Source: Paludibacteraceae bacterium (lineage in GTDB: Bacteria > Bacteroidota > Bacteroidia > Bacteroidales > Paludibacteraceae). Taken from it: a stretch of 64,000 nucleotides of DNA. The position numbers and the translations under genes were made by a program. The stretch is from the NCBI GenBank assembly GCA_024689005.1, contig JAILDU010000093.1:649-64648 (forward strand), in the 5' to 3' direction. Of this stretch, positions 1-9,125 are shown in pieces. The notes beneath the pieces are model-generated. The model had not been told where the DNA came from. It made no database searches and saw only the letters and a list, made by a program, of their open reading frames with translations. Every line of letters begins with the position of its first letter. Within the stretch, counting starts at the first letter, position 1.

Positions 1-1
1 T

Positions 2-1027
2 AAATTCTTTAACGGCCGTTTGGGTCTGGAGGCAAGTTACTATCATCGTATAACTAAGGATCAAATATTCCCTCTGCCTGTAGATCCAGCAACCGGTTAT
101 AATCGTATGGTGACAAACTTCGGTAAGGTTCGTAACACCGGTTTTGAGTTGGTTCTCAATACAGTTCCGGTTAAGACGAAAAACTTCCAGTGGAATTTGG
201 ATTTCAATGTGGCTCGCAACTGGAATACAGTACTTGAATTGCCGGAAGGCTTGGATGGCGGAAAAAGCATCATAGAATCCTTCTCTACTTCTAAAGACAA
301 GGTTTATGCATACGCAGAGGTAGGTAAGCCTATGGGAGAAATCTATACTAACCTTCCGCAATACACCGATGACGGCAAGCTTATTGTAGGAAAAGATGGT
401 CAGCCTTTGTTAGGCGCTGACATTGAAGATACCGGAAAGAATTTGCAATGCAAGTGGACCGGAGGTATCTCTACATCGCTATCATTCTATGGCGTAACCT
501 TGAGCGCAACATTGGATGCTCGTTTGGGCGGATATATGTTCTCGCGTACCAAGAACTTAATGGAGTTCACCGGTAATGGTATTATTACTACTTACAATGG
601 TCGTAAACCGTTTGTTATTCCTAATTCGGTTGTTGCGATAAAGGATGCTGAAGGAAATGTAACCGGATATACAGAGAATACAACTCCAATCTATCTGTAT
701 GATGGTAGTTATCAGAAGTATTTTGATGAAACCGGCGCAGCTCAAGGTGGTGAGTTTTTCCTAATCGACCGTTCGTTTGCCAAATTGCGTAATATCAGTC
801 TGTCGTGGGATCTGCCTTCGAAATGGATGCAAGCAATCCATTTCGAAGGAATGTCTATTACAGCATACGTAAACAATGTGGCAACCTTTACTGCTAAGGA
901 TAATTACTATATTGACCCAGAGACAACTTCATATGCAACTGATGGTGACTTGGCTGCTCAATTTGGAGAATCGTATTCCAACCCGACAAGCCGTCAATAT
1001 GGTGTAAATGTTAATATTAAATTCTAA
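2..1027 (+). CDS. SusC/RagA-family TonB-dependent outer-membrane transporter, C-terminal part (5' end lies outside the window)
   Basis: The frame is open from the window edge. The sequence is beta-barrel-like and ends ...YGVNVNIKF with a terminal aromatic residue. A SusD-like gene follows 17 nt downstream. Confidence 0.85.
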   Translation, partial: KFFNGRLGLEASYYHRITKDQIFPLPVDPATGYNRMVTNFGKVRNTGFELVLNTVPVKTKNFQWNLDFNVARNWNTVLELPEGLDGGKSIIESFSTSKDKVYAYAEVGKPMGEIYTNLPQYTDDGKLIVGKDGQPLLGADIEDTGKNLQCKWTGGISTSLSFYGVTLSATLDARLGGYMFSRTKNLMEFTGNGIITTYNGRKPFVIPNSVVAIKDAEGNVTGYTENTTPIYLYDGSYQKYFDETGAAQGGEFFLIDRSFAKLRNISLSWDLPSKWMQAIHFEGMSITAYVNNVATFTAKDNYYIDPETTSYATDGDLAAQFGESYSNPTSRQYGVNVNIKF

Positions 1028-1044
1028 TCAAGGAGGACAAAGAT

Positions 1045-2574
1045 ATGAAAAAGATAGTAAATAAGCTTTCGACTTTGAGTCTGAGTGGCCTTCTGGCATT
1101 AACGTTATGTTTCTCCGGTTGTAAGGAGTATTTGGATATCAACTATGATCCAAACTCTCCTGCTGAGAAAAATATGACAAACGATATGCTTATGCCTGCT
1201 GTAGAGATGAACCTCGCAACTTCCTATGGATGTCGTTTGCATATAATCGGCGCGTACAATATTCAATACTATGCGCAGCAATTCGGAACTCCAAACTACA
1301 TATCGTATTCGCAGTTTGAGGTTTCTGCCGGTAATGGTAGTGGTTTTTATACCCAATTGTTCCAACGCGTATTGGGCAACTTGAACTTGATTAAAAACAA
1401 GGCAGAGGCGAGTGGTGAAAATGGAGTTTTGCTCCAAGCGGCTGTATTACGTGCATTTGCCTATCAACTGTTGGTTGATGCATTTGGTGAGGTTCCATAT
1501 ACAGAGGCATTTGATGTGGCAAACATGACTCCCAAGTATGATGACGGTAAAGATATTTATAAAGGCATTATTCAAGAAATAGATGATGCACTTGCACAGG
1601 TGAAGAGCGGTGATGCTGTAACCACCAGTTTTATCTTCCCGAGTAAGTCTCTCAACGATTGGATTAGTTTTGCCTATGCTGAGAAACTGAAGTTGCTGAG
1701 CCGCTATAATAGTTATGAGGATGTGTCATCGCAGATTCAGGCCGTCATAGAATCCGGTAAATTGCCCAAAAACGATATTCAAATTGCGGGTTGTTGGGCA
1801 AACGCGACTGGTCAAGCGAATCCATTCTACTCGGAGGAACGCGCCACTTGGGGACGCGTAACGCATAATATCATAGCAAACCTTGCTTTGGTAGGAACGT
1901 TGCAAACTGCCACTTATACGGATCCGCGTTTGGCAGCATGGTTCCAACCTAATAAGGATGGAAAGTTCCAAGGAAGTATATCCGGAACCAACCTTTCAAC
2001 AGTTGATGCTCCGTATAATAATACAAATGCATGGTGCGAATTGGAACTCGAGTATGATGCTCCTATTATCCTGATTAGCCGTGCGGAAATTGATTTCTTC
2101 CTTGCAGAATATTATGCACGCAAAGGTGATGCCGCTAATGCCAAAGCTTCGTATGATGCTGCAATAACTGCATCCTTCGCTACAGCAGACGCAGACGGTG
2201 CTGCTGCGCATTTGGCTCAATATCCATTTCCAAGTGATCCGAAAGAATGGAAAGAGAAAATTGCTCTGGAGAAATGGAAAGCATTGGCAGGAATTAACGG
2301 ATTTGAAGGCTATACGGAAGCACGTCGTTTGAATTATCCGCAATTTGGAAGTGTGCAAGCAAAAGATATGTTCTCCGGTAGCGGTGCTTTGGATTTGTCC
2401 AAATATGTGAGAGGAAAATTATATACTCCATTCCAGGTGTTTAACCAAGTCGGCGATAACACGCTATTAGCACGTTTCCCTTATCCGGAGAGTAGTACGT
2501 CCCGCAATAGTAACGCACCTGAGTTTCCCGGTTACAAAAAGCCTGTTTTCTGGGGAAATGATACAAAATGGTAA
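1045..2574 (+). CDS. SusD/RagB-family nutrient-binding outer-membrane lipoprotein
   Basis: Lipoprotein signal (ALTLCFSGC), 509 aa, SusD-like sequence character, and the canonical position directly after SusC. Confidence 0.88.
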   Translation: MKKIVNKLSTLSLSGLLALTLCFSGCKEYLDINYDPNSPAEKNMTNDMLMPAVEMNLATSYGCRLHIIGAYNIQYYAQQFGTPNYISYSQFEVSAGNGSGFYTQLFQRVLGNLNLIKNKAEASGENGVLLQAAVLRAFAYQLLVDAFGEVPYTEAFDVANMTPKYDDGKDIYKGIIQEIDDALAQVKSGDAVTTSFIFPSKSLNDWISFAYAEKLKLLSRYNSYEDVSSQIQAVIESGKLPKNDIQIAGCWANATGQANPFYSEERATWGRVTHNIIANLALVGTLQTATYTDPRLAAWFQPNKDGKFQGSISGTNLSTVDAPYNNTNAWCELELEYDAPIILISRAEIDFFLAEYYARKGDAANAKASYDAAITASFATADADGAAAHLAQYPFPSDPKEWKEKIALEKWKALAGINGFEGYTEARRLNYPQFGSVQAKDMFSGSGALDLSKYVRGKLYTPFQVFNQVGDNTLLARFPYPESSTSRNSNAPEFPGYKKPVFWGNDTKW

Positions 2575-2603
2575 TTACATTAACCTGTTAAAGAATTACG
2601 AAT

Positions 2604-3428
2604 ATGAAAAAGCAATTATTTTATATAGTAGCGATTTCGCTTCTCACACTTGGATTCTCTTCCTGTGAGAAAAAGTCGGCAGGTCTGACCGGTACTGTGG
2701 ACTATGTGGTCCTCAAGTTGAATGGAGACTCGCAGATTAAACTTGCTTTGGGCGAACCCTACGTAGAGCCCGGTTTTACTGCTACCGACAAGGGCAAGGA
2801 TGTGAGCGAATCAGTAGAAATAACCATTGTAAATGTGGTAGGTGAGAAAGTGGATGCTGTGACTACTTCTTCGCCCGGTATTTTCACGATTACTTATTCG
2901 GCCGTAAGTGAGGATAACATGTATATCTCCGAAAGTCGTAAGGTTTTTGTCTTTGATCCGGACTTGGCTGTGTCTATCAAGGGAACGTTTGCTGTTGATT
3001 TCGAAAAATCGAAGCGTGTAGAGAGCAGTAAAGATTGGACTTGGGCTCAATGGTCGGCGCAATATACCGACCCGGAGGCATGGGCATATGCGTCTTACTC
3101 ACTGAAAGAGATTGATATCAAATTCAATGAGTTGGTTCCCGGTATCTACGAGGTAGATGACTACCTTGGTGGATTCTATTTCGGTCTTCGCGGATATGGA
3201 CCATATTACAAAGAAAACGTTGATGCGTCTTACTATTATTACTATGCAATGGGAGGTATGATAGTACTCAATGCGGATCTCTCTTTGAGTATGGTTTCCA
3301 GTTATATTCCGGCATGGGGAGATGGCCTTTCGGACTTTAGCGGAACGTATGATGACAATACCAAGACGATTGAGTTCCACTCTATCTATGGTGGTATGGA
3401 TTTTAATGTAGTAATGGTTAAAAAATAA
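2604..3428 (+). CDS. PUL-associated surface lipoprotein with an N-terminal Ig-like (DUF5011-like) module; function unknown
   Basis: Lipoprotein signal (LTLGFSSC). An Ig-like stretch (GEPYVEPGFTATD...GIFTITYSA) is present. It is the third gene of the SusC/D string. Confidence 0.6.
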   Translation: MKKQLFYIVAISLLTLGFSSCEKKSAGLTGTVDYVVLKLNGDSQIKLALGEPYVEPGFTATDKGKDVSESVEITIVNVVGEKVDAVTTSSPGIFTITYSAVSEDNMYISESRKVFVFDPDLAVSIKGTFAVDFEKSKRVESSKDWTWAQWSAQYTDPEAWAYASYSLKEIDIKFNELVPGIYEVDDYLGGFYFGLRGYGPYYKENVDASYYYYYAMGGMIVLNADLSLSMVSSYIPAWGDGLSDFSGTYDDNTKTIEFHSIYGGMDFNVVMVKK

Positions 3429-3433
3429 GCGTT

Positions 3434-3949
3434 ATGAAAAAGATATTTTATGCAATGTGTGCATTGGCAACTCTGACGTTTGCCTCGTGCGAGAAGGAGC
3501 CTATCGGTGGAACGGCTGTCGAGGCTATGTCCGGTCAATGGTATGTGCAAATCTCGGGAGTTGATGAAAACGGTGAATTGCTTCTAGAGGATGCAGACTT
3601 GTTTGAATTGGGATCCTATATCCTGTTGACTTATAATACAGCGAGCAACAGGGGTGATTCGTTGTGGCTAAGTGCGATAAGAGATTTTGCAGATGATGGC
3701 CTTGATTTCTTGGATTACAAGTTGAAGGTAGAGTGTGATCAAGGAGGACTCATTTTTGAGCGTAAAGGTGATGATGTCGCAATCTTCGAAGGAAAAATCC
3801 TTCCGGGTGCAGCGACTACTCCAAGCGGTCAACCTGCGGATTCGATTGTATATGATGTTTCTATAGCAGCCGATCCTTATGCTGGCGTTTATTACCACCA
3901 TTTGCGAGTATCAGGTTATCGCTACACAGGCTTGGCTAATGATGATTAG
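3434..3949 (+). CDS. Small PUL-associated lipoprotein, function unknown
   Basis: Lipoprotein signal (LTFASC). It starts 5 nt after the upstream gene and is the last gene before a strong hairpin terminator. Confidence 0.55.
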   Translation: MKKIFYAMCALATLTFASCEKEPIGGTAVEAMSGQWYVQISGVDENGELLLEDADLFELGSYILLTYNTASNRGDSLWLSAIRDFADDGLDFLDYKLKVECDQGGLIFERKGDDVAIFEGKILPGAATTPSGQPADSIVYDVSIAADPYAGVYYHHLRVSGYRYTGLANDD

Positions 3950-4002
3950 TAATAAACTGCGTAAATACTGATAATTGTTTGCTTTTGGAGAAGGCGGCAT
4001 CG

Positions 4003-4029
4003 CGAGAGAGCGATGCCGCCTTTGTTTTT
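4003..4029 (+). terminator. Rho-independent terminator of the PUL string
   Basis: An 11-bp perfect stem GGCGGCATCGC/GCGATGCCGCC with a 6-nt loop, followed by TTTGTTTTT. Confidence 0.8.
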
Positions 4030-4204
4030 CTTTACACTCCAAAGTGGGGGGGGACAGTACAATTGGCAATAGCTCCTGATTGAAGCAATTTTAATGCTTC
4101 CAGTTTGACCTCTAAGGGCACTTTCTTCCACATAATAAAGTATTTAAAGTGTCCCAAAAACGGGGTACACTACAAGTCTGGACACGGTGTGATCAGCATA
4201 ATAT

Positions 4205-4314
4205 ATCGTATATGTATCGTGTATCTATCGTATATATAACGTGTATCTATCGTATATCTAACGTGTATCTATCGTATATCTTTCGTGTATCTATCGTGTA
4301 TGTATCGTAGTCGT
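4205..4314. repeat. Tandem array of ten contiguous 11-bp units (consensus ATCGTRTATCT)
   Basis: Units read directly from the sequence: atcgtatatgt, atcgtgtatct, atcgtatatat, aacgtgtatct, atcgtatatct, aacgtgtatct, atcgtatatct, ttcgtgtatct, atcgtgtatgt, atcgtagtcgt. CG occupies unit positions 3-4 in all ten. Confidence 0.95.
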
Positions 4315-4410
4315 CCGCTGATTAGACAAAGAATGTGTTCGAAATAGGAGAGTCTCTGCAGGCGAGCAGCTATGCGGACTAAAGGGCCGTAAGATTTGAG
4401 TGAATTTGTA

Positions 4411-4446
4411 TTGAGAATTGTGGGAATTGTGGGAATTGTGAGAATT
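4411..4446. repeat. Tandem array of four 9-bp units (GTGGGAATT family)
   Basis: Units are ttgagaatt, gtgggaatt, gtgggaatt, gtgagaatt. The array ends 12 nt before the -33 element of the waaA promoter. Confidence 0.9.
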
Positions 4447-4458
4447 CTATGTGCAAAA

Positions 4459-4490
4459 TTTGCGTATATCAAAAAAAAGCAGTAATTTTG
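4459..4490 (+). promoter_or_regulatory. Bacteroidota sigma-A type promoter (-33 TTTG / -7 TAnnTTTG) upstream of waaA
   Basis: TTTG (4459-4462), a 20-nt spacer containing an A8 tract, then TAATTTTG (4483-4490) followed by CGCGG. Confidence 0.75.
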
Positions 4491-4656
4491 CGCGGTAATT
4501 TGGAGTGGTGTGTTCTATCGAAAGCGGAAAGCTGATCCATTAGTTTGGTCACAATGCCTGCATCGCACCTTTGTTCAAATCAGCGATTTGCAAAAGAGAA
4601 ACGTTGAAATCATCGTTAAACAATTTGTAGAAAGACCCTAAACACAATAACTGAAT

Positions 4657-5922
4657 ATGTGGATATATTTTTTAGCGATACGAATAGCTGCATTGTTCGG
4701 GCATAGGAAGGCTCGAAAACTGGTAGCGGGACAGCAGGAAACCCTGGCGCGACTCAAGACAGAGTTTGTCAATTACAAAGCGCCTATATGGATTCATGCT
4801 GCATCGGTGGGAGAGTTTGAACAGGCTCGTCCGCTGATAGAGCGTTTGCGTCGTGAGCAGCCCAACAGAAAGATAGTGCTGACCTTTTTCTCGCCGTCCG
4901 GATATGAGATGCGCAAGAACTATAATCAAGTGGATACGGTGTTGTATCTGCCGTTTGCCACGCGCAGAAATGCACGATTGTTTCTGGATGCGTTGCAGCC
5001 GAAGATGGCTATCTTTGTTAAGTATGAGTTCTGGCCGGCCTATCTGCGCGAACTGAAGAAACGCAAGATACGGACGTATAGTATCTCTGCTATCTTCCGT
5101 CCGGGACAGCTGTTCTTCCTGCCTTGGGGCAAGATGCACCTGCGCTTGCTGAAGTGCTTTACGCACATCTTCGTGCAGGACGAATCGTCGTACAATCTGC
5201 TGCAAAAGCACGGAATAAAAGATTGCTCCGTAGCCGGAGATACGCGATTTGACAGGATGCAAGAGGTGATGGCAAACCGCAAGCAAGTGCCTGTAGTAGA
5301 GGAGTTTATCAAGGGCGCAGAACGCGTGATAGTAGCCGGCAGCACGTGGCCGAAAGACGAAGAAATGCTGGTGCGTTATATAATAGAGCGCGGAGACTTG
5401 CAGCTGAACGGCACGACCAAGCTGGTATTGGTTCCGCACGAGATCAATGACGAACATCTGCATTTGATCTTCCAGATGCTGCAGGGCCGCATGGTTCGTT
5501 ATTCGGTAGTGAGCGAGCAGTTGACGACCAACGCCGGCAATGTGTCCACAGCGAGTGTGGAGAATATACTGCATCTGGCTCACGTGCTGGTTATAGACAC
5601 GATGGGCTTGCTGTCGTCTCTCTACCCGTACGGCCAGGTGGCATATGTGGGCGGCGGATTCGGAGTGGGTATTCACAATACGGTAGAGGCTGCAGTCTAT
5701 GGCATGCCTGTATTGTTCGGACCTAACTACAGCCATTTCCGCGAGGCGAAAGGCTTGATAGCAGCCGGGGCAGCACGCAGCGTGAAGAAATACAAGGAGT
5801 TGAAGGCCGCGCTGGACGATGCGCTCGTTCGCTACGAAGAGATGGGCGCCAAGGCGACCGAATATGTGGCAGCAGAGACGGGCGCTACGGACAAGATATA
5901 CACCAAGCTGTTTGCTAACTGA
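4657..5922 (+). CDS. waaA: 3-deoxy-D-manno-octulosonic acid (Kdo) transferase
   Basis: Characteristic N-terminus ...PIWIHAASVGEFEQARPLIERL...VLTFFSPSG, and 421 aa, which is typical for KdtA/WaaA. Confidence 0.9.
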   Translation: MWIYFLAIRIAALFGHRKARKLVAGQQETLARLKTEFVNYKAPIWIHAASVGEFEQARPLIERLRREQPNRKIVLTFFSPSGYEMRKNYNQVDTVLYLPFATRRNARLFLDALQPKMAIFVKYEFWPAYLRELKKRKIRTYSISAIFRPGQLFFLPWGKMHLRLLKCFTHIFVQDESSYNLLQKHGIKDCSVAGDTRFDRMQEVMANRKQVPVVEEFIKGAERVIVAGSTWPKDEEMLVRYIIERGDLQLNGTTKLVLVPHEINDEHLHLIFQMLQGRMVRYSVVSEQLTTNAGNVSTASVENILHLAHVLVIDTMGLLSSLYPYGQVAYVGGGFGVGIHNTVEAAVYGMPVLFGPNYSHFREAKGLIAAGAARSVKKYKELKAALDDALVRYEEMGAKATEYVAAETGATDKIYTKLFAN

Positions 5923-5940
5923 TGTTCCACGCCTGGATTA

Positions 5941-5984
5941 CCTTCGATATGCCTTCGATATGAGTTCGACAAGACCTCGATCGT
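5941..5984. repeat. Tandem array of four 11-bp units (CCTTCGATATG family)
   Basis: Units are ccttcgatatg, ccttcgatatg, agttcgacaag, acctcgatcgt. CG occupies unit positions 5-6 in all four. The array lies between waaA and hisS. Confidence 0.85.
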
Positions 5985-6061
5985 GGAACAATAGAGAAAA
6001 TGAAATAGAAAACGACAGGTCCATAGGGCCCGGTAAACGATAAAAAAGAATTGTAACAATA

Positions 6062-7375
6062 ATGGCACAAAAACCAAGTATACCCAAAGGCACGCGTGAT
6101 TTCGGACAAGTGGAGATGGCGCGCCGCAATTATATTTTCGACACCATTCGTGGTGTCTTCGCCCTGTACGGATTTCAGCAGATAGAGACTCCGGCGATGG
6201 AGAACCTGAGTACGCTGATGGGCAAGTATGGAGAGGAAGGCGACAAGTTGCTCTTTCGTATCCAGAATAGCGGTGAGAAAGCCGCGCTGGCACCAGAGAA
6301 AGGACTGCGCTACGACCTGACCGTTCCTTTTGCGCGCTACGTAGTGCAACACAGAGAGGAAATCAGTTTTCCGTTCAAGCGCTTTCAGATTCAACCGGTA
6401 TGGCGCGCAGACCGTCCGCAGAAAGGCCGTTACCGCGAGTTCTACCAGTGTGATGTGGACGTGATAGGCAGCGACAGTCTGGTGGGCGAACTGGAGTTGA
6501 TACAGATAGTGGAAGAAGTATATCGCCGCTTGGGCATCAACGTATGCCTGCATATCAATAACCGCAAAGTGCTGGCCGGCATAGCCGAAGTGATAGGCGC
6601 TCCGGATAAGATGATTGACATCACTGTGGCTATCGACAAACTCGACAAGATAGGCGTGGATGCCGTGAATGCGGAACTGCAAGAACGCGGTTTGTCGGTC
6701 GAGGCTGTCAACGCTCTGCAGCCGATACTCAACCTCAGCGGAACAACGGCCGAGAAACTGGTTGCGCTGCGCGACGTATTGGCAAGCAGCCCAACGGGAC
6801 TGAAGGGAGTAGAGGAACTGGAGACCCTGTTCGGACTGATAGAGAATACCGGCGTGACACTCAACATAGAGTTGGACTTGTGTCTGGCTCGCGGATTGAA
6901 TTACTACACAGGTGCAATCTTTGAAGTCAAGGCTCTGGATGCGCAGATAGGCAGTATAACGGGTGGCGGTCGCTACGACAATCTGACGGGTATCTTCGGC
7001 ATGCCGGATGTGTCGGGTGTGGGTATATCGTTCGGCGCAGACCGTATCTACGATGTGCTGACTGAACTGAATCTGTTCCCGGCGGCTCTACAATCGACGA
7101 CGCAAGTGCTCTTTACGACCTTTGGTCAGGACGAATTGCGCTATGCACTGGGATGGGCTAAACTGTTGCGAGACAAGGGCATAGCTGTGGAGGTATATCC
7201 CGAACCGACGAAGATGAAGAAGCAGATGGGTTACGCCGACGCCAAACAGATACCATTCGTGGCAATCGTGGGTGGCGACGAGATGGCGCAACAGAAAGTG
7301 ATGCTCAAGAATATGGCTTCAGGCGAGCAACAACTCGTTGCCATAGATGAGCTGGTAGGGCAACTGAAAGCATAA
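6062..7375 (+). CDS. hisS: Histidine--tRNA ligase
   Basis: N-terminus [14 protein letters not shown], class II aaRS motifs (FRIQ..., [17 protein letters not shown]), 437 aa. Confidence 0.95.
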   Translation: MAQKPSIPKGTRDFGQVEMARRNYIFDTIRGVFALYGFQQIETPAMENLSTLMGKYGEEGDKLLFRIQNSGEKAALAPEKGLRYDLTVPFARYVVQHREEISFPFKRFQIQPVWRADRPQKGRYREFYQCDVDVIGSDSLVGELELIQIVEEVYRRLGINVCLHINNRKVLAGIAEVIGAPDKMIDITVAIDKLDKIGVDAVNAELQERGLSVEAVNALQPILNLSGTTAEKLVALRDVLASSPTGLKGVEELETLFGLIENTGVTLNIELDLCLARGLNYYTGAIFEVKALDAQIGSITGGGRYDNLTGIFGMPDVSGVGISFGADRIYDVLTELNLFPAALQSTTQVLFTTFGQDELRYALGWAKLLRDKGIAVEVYPEPTKMKKQMGYADAKQIPFVAIVGGDEMAQQKVMLKNMASGEQQLVAIDELVGQLKA

Positions 7376-7386
7376 AAGAGTCGTAC

Positions 7387-7414
7387 AAAGCTAATTATCA
7401 ATTGTCAATTATCA
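7387..7414. repeat. Four tandem 7-bp units (ATCAATT family) in the spacer just upstream of a start codon
   Basis: Units are atcaatt, gtcaatt, atcaact, atcaatt. The 21-mer tcaattatcaactatcaatta (7395-7415) recurs exactly at 59702-59722. Confidence 0.85.
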
Positions 7415-7430
7415 ACTATCAATTACCGAA

Positions 7431-7967
7431 ATGGCTGATACGAACAAACAATTTGACCAAGTGACGGCTAAGTGCCGGAAGATCTTCATCGACAAGATGC
7501 AGGATTACGGCGCATCGTGGCGTATCTTTCGCCTGCACGGCATATCAGACCAATTATATATTAAGGTCAAGAATATCCGTCAGCGTCAGGAAACAGGCGT
7601 CAGTCTGGTTGGAGATGATATAGAGGACAACTTACGCGCGATTATCAATTACGGTGTGATGGCTATCATCCAGGAGCGTAAAGGTTATGCCGACGCGGTG
7701 GATATAACCAACGAGAATGCGATCAAGTTGTATGATCAAGTGCTGGCTGAGGCCAAGGAACTGATGCTTCGCAAGAATCATGACTACGGTGAGGCGTGGC
7801 GCGAGATGAGCAAAGAAGGAATAGTGGATATGATCATGGCGAAGATCATTCGCATCAAAACCATCCTTTCGCATGAGGGAAAGACTATCGCCTCGGAAGG
7901 TGTGGAGGGTAACTATTTTGATATAATCAACTATGCGATCTTTGATCTCATCCATTACGAGAATTAA
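7431..7967 (+). CDS. DUF1599-like protein (two KNxDYGxxWR repeats)
   Basis: Two internal repeats, KMQDYGASWRIFR and KNHDYGEAWREM, in 178 aa. This is recalled family resemblance only. Confidence 0.65.
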   Translation: MADTNKQFDQVTAKCRKIFIDKMQDYGASWRIFRLHGISDQLYIKVKNIRQRQETGVSLVGDDIEDNLRAIINYGVMAIIQERKGYADAVDITNENAIKLYDQVLAEAKELMLRKNHDYGEAWREMSKEGIVDMIMAKIIRIKTILSHEGKTIASEGVEGNYFDIINYAIFDLIHYEN

Positions 7968-7995
7968 GAATCATTAACACAAAATAATAATAAGG

Positions 7996-9120
7996 ATGAA
8001 AAAGGCAGCACACATCATCGGCAGTATAGCCCGTACATTGTTGGCATTGACATTTTTGTTCTCGGGCTTCGTAAAGGCAGTGGACCCGCTGGGCACGGTA
8101 TATAAGATAGAAGATTACCTGAAGGCGTTTGGCGGCATATTCGCGGAATGGTTGCCCTGGGCCGGCGCGGCCGCAGTATGCCTGATCAGCGTGGAGATGC
8201 TGTTGGGCGTGTGCATGTTGCTGAACGTGCGAACCAATTGGACGGCTTGGCTATCACTGTTGTTCTATCTGGTGATGACGCCGTTGACATTGTGGATAGC
8301 GCTGACTAATCCCGTGACCGACTGTGGATGCTTCGGAGACGCAGTCGTTCTGACCAACTGGCAGACATTCTGGAAGAACATCGTCTTGCTGACGCTCGTG
8401 ATAGTGCTGCTATGTACCAAACGTCATATACCGCAACTATTCGTCGGATGGATGGAAATAATCATTGCATTGTGCGGTTTGGGTATAGCCGGAGGAATAA
8501 TGGCATATAGTTACACTCATCTGCCGCCAATCGACTTCCGTCCGTATAAGGTGGGTAACAATATTGTCGAGCTGATGGAAATACCGGACGATGCAGAGCC
8601 GGATGTCTATGAGATCACTCTGATCTATGAGAAAGATGGTGTGCAACAGGAGTTCACTCCGGAGAATTATCCTAAGGGCGATTCGACCTGGACGTTCGTT
8701 GATCAGAAGTCTGTTCTTGTGAAGAAAGGTTATGAGGCTCCGATACATGATTTTGAGATCTTGACGATGGAGTACGAGGACCTGACAGACGCTATACTGG
8801 GTTTTGACGAACCGGTAACATTCATTACCATGTATGATCTGAACAAGACCGACCGTACTCAATTGAACAAGGTGCGCCGCCTATACGAGCAATGCAAGGA
8901 ACGCGGCGAAGAGTGCTTCCTGCTCACCGGTTCGGGCGAAGACGAGATATATGCGTTTGCCGCAGAAATGGGATGGACAGACCAACAAGCAGAAGAGGCA
9001 TTCTGCACGATAGACCCCGTAACGTTGAAAACAATAGTGCGCGCTAACCCCGGTATGTTTGTGCTGCAAAACGCAGTGGTAAAGGAGAAACATAACTTGC
9101 GCCAAATGGAGATAGAATAA
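7996..9120 (+). CDS. DoxX/MauE-like integral membrane protein with a C-terminal soluble domain
   Basis: N-terminal multi-TM region ([18 protein letters not shown]..., CGCFGD motif) followed by a ~190-aa hydrophilic domain. Confidence 0.6.
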   Translation: MKKAAHIIGSIARTLLALTFLFSGFVKAVDPLGTVYKIEDYLKAFGGIFAEWLPWAGAAAVCLISVEMLLGVCMLLNVRTNWTAWLSLLFYLVMTPLTLWIALTNPVTDCGCFGDAVVLTNWQTFWKNIVLLTLVIVLLCTKRHIPQLFVGWMEIIIALCGLGIAGGIMAYSYTHLPPIDFRPYKVGNNIVELMEIPDDAEPDVYEITLIYEKDGVQQEFTPENYPKGDSTWTFVDQKSVLVKKGYEAPIHDFEILTMEYEDLTDAILGFDEPVTFITMYDLNKTDRTQLNKVRRLYEQCKERGEECFLLTGSGEDEIYAFAAEMGWTDQQAEEAFCTIDPVTLKTIVRANPGMFVLQNAVVKEKHNLRQMEIE

Positions 9121-9125
9121 TAAAT

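Noticed and set aside
4205-4314. Could the tandem arrays (also at 21173, 42491, 59322 and 60947) be CRISPR arrays?
   Set aside because: The units are only 9-11 bp and directly contiguous, with no unique spacers. No cas genes or leader are present. The unit sequence drifts within an array.
4672-5736. Long ORFs antisense to well-supported genes: 4672-5736, 5915-6682, 22972-23793, 39847-40890, 40949-41560, 55477-56394, 59749-60474, 62312-63145.
   Set aside because: Each lies opposite a gene with unmistakable family motifs (waaA, hisS, dnaJ, M6 protease, mlaF, valS, secreted protein, rpsB). Their translations are low-complexity (R/H/L/S-rich) with no recognisable motifs. They are typical shadow ORFs.
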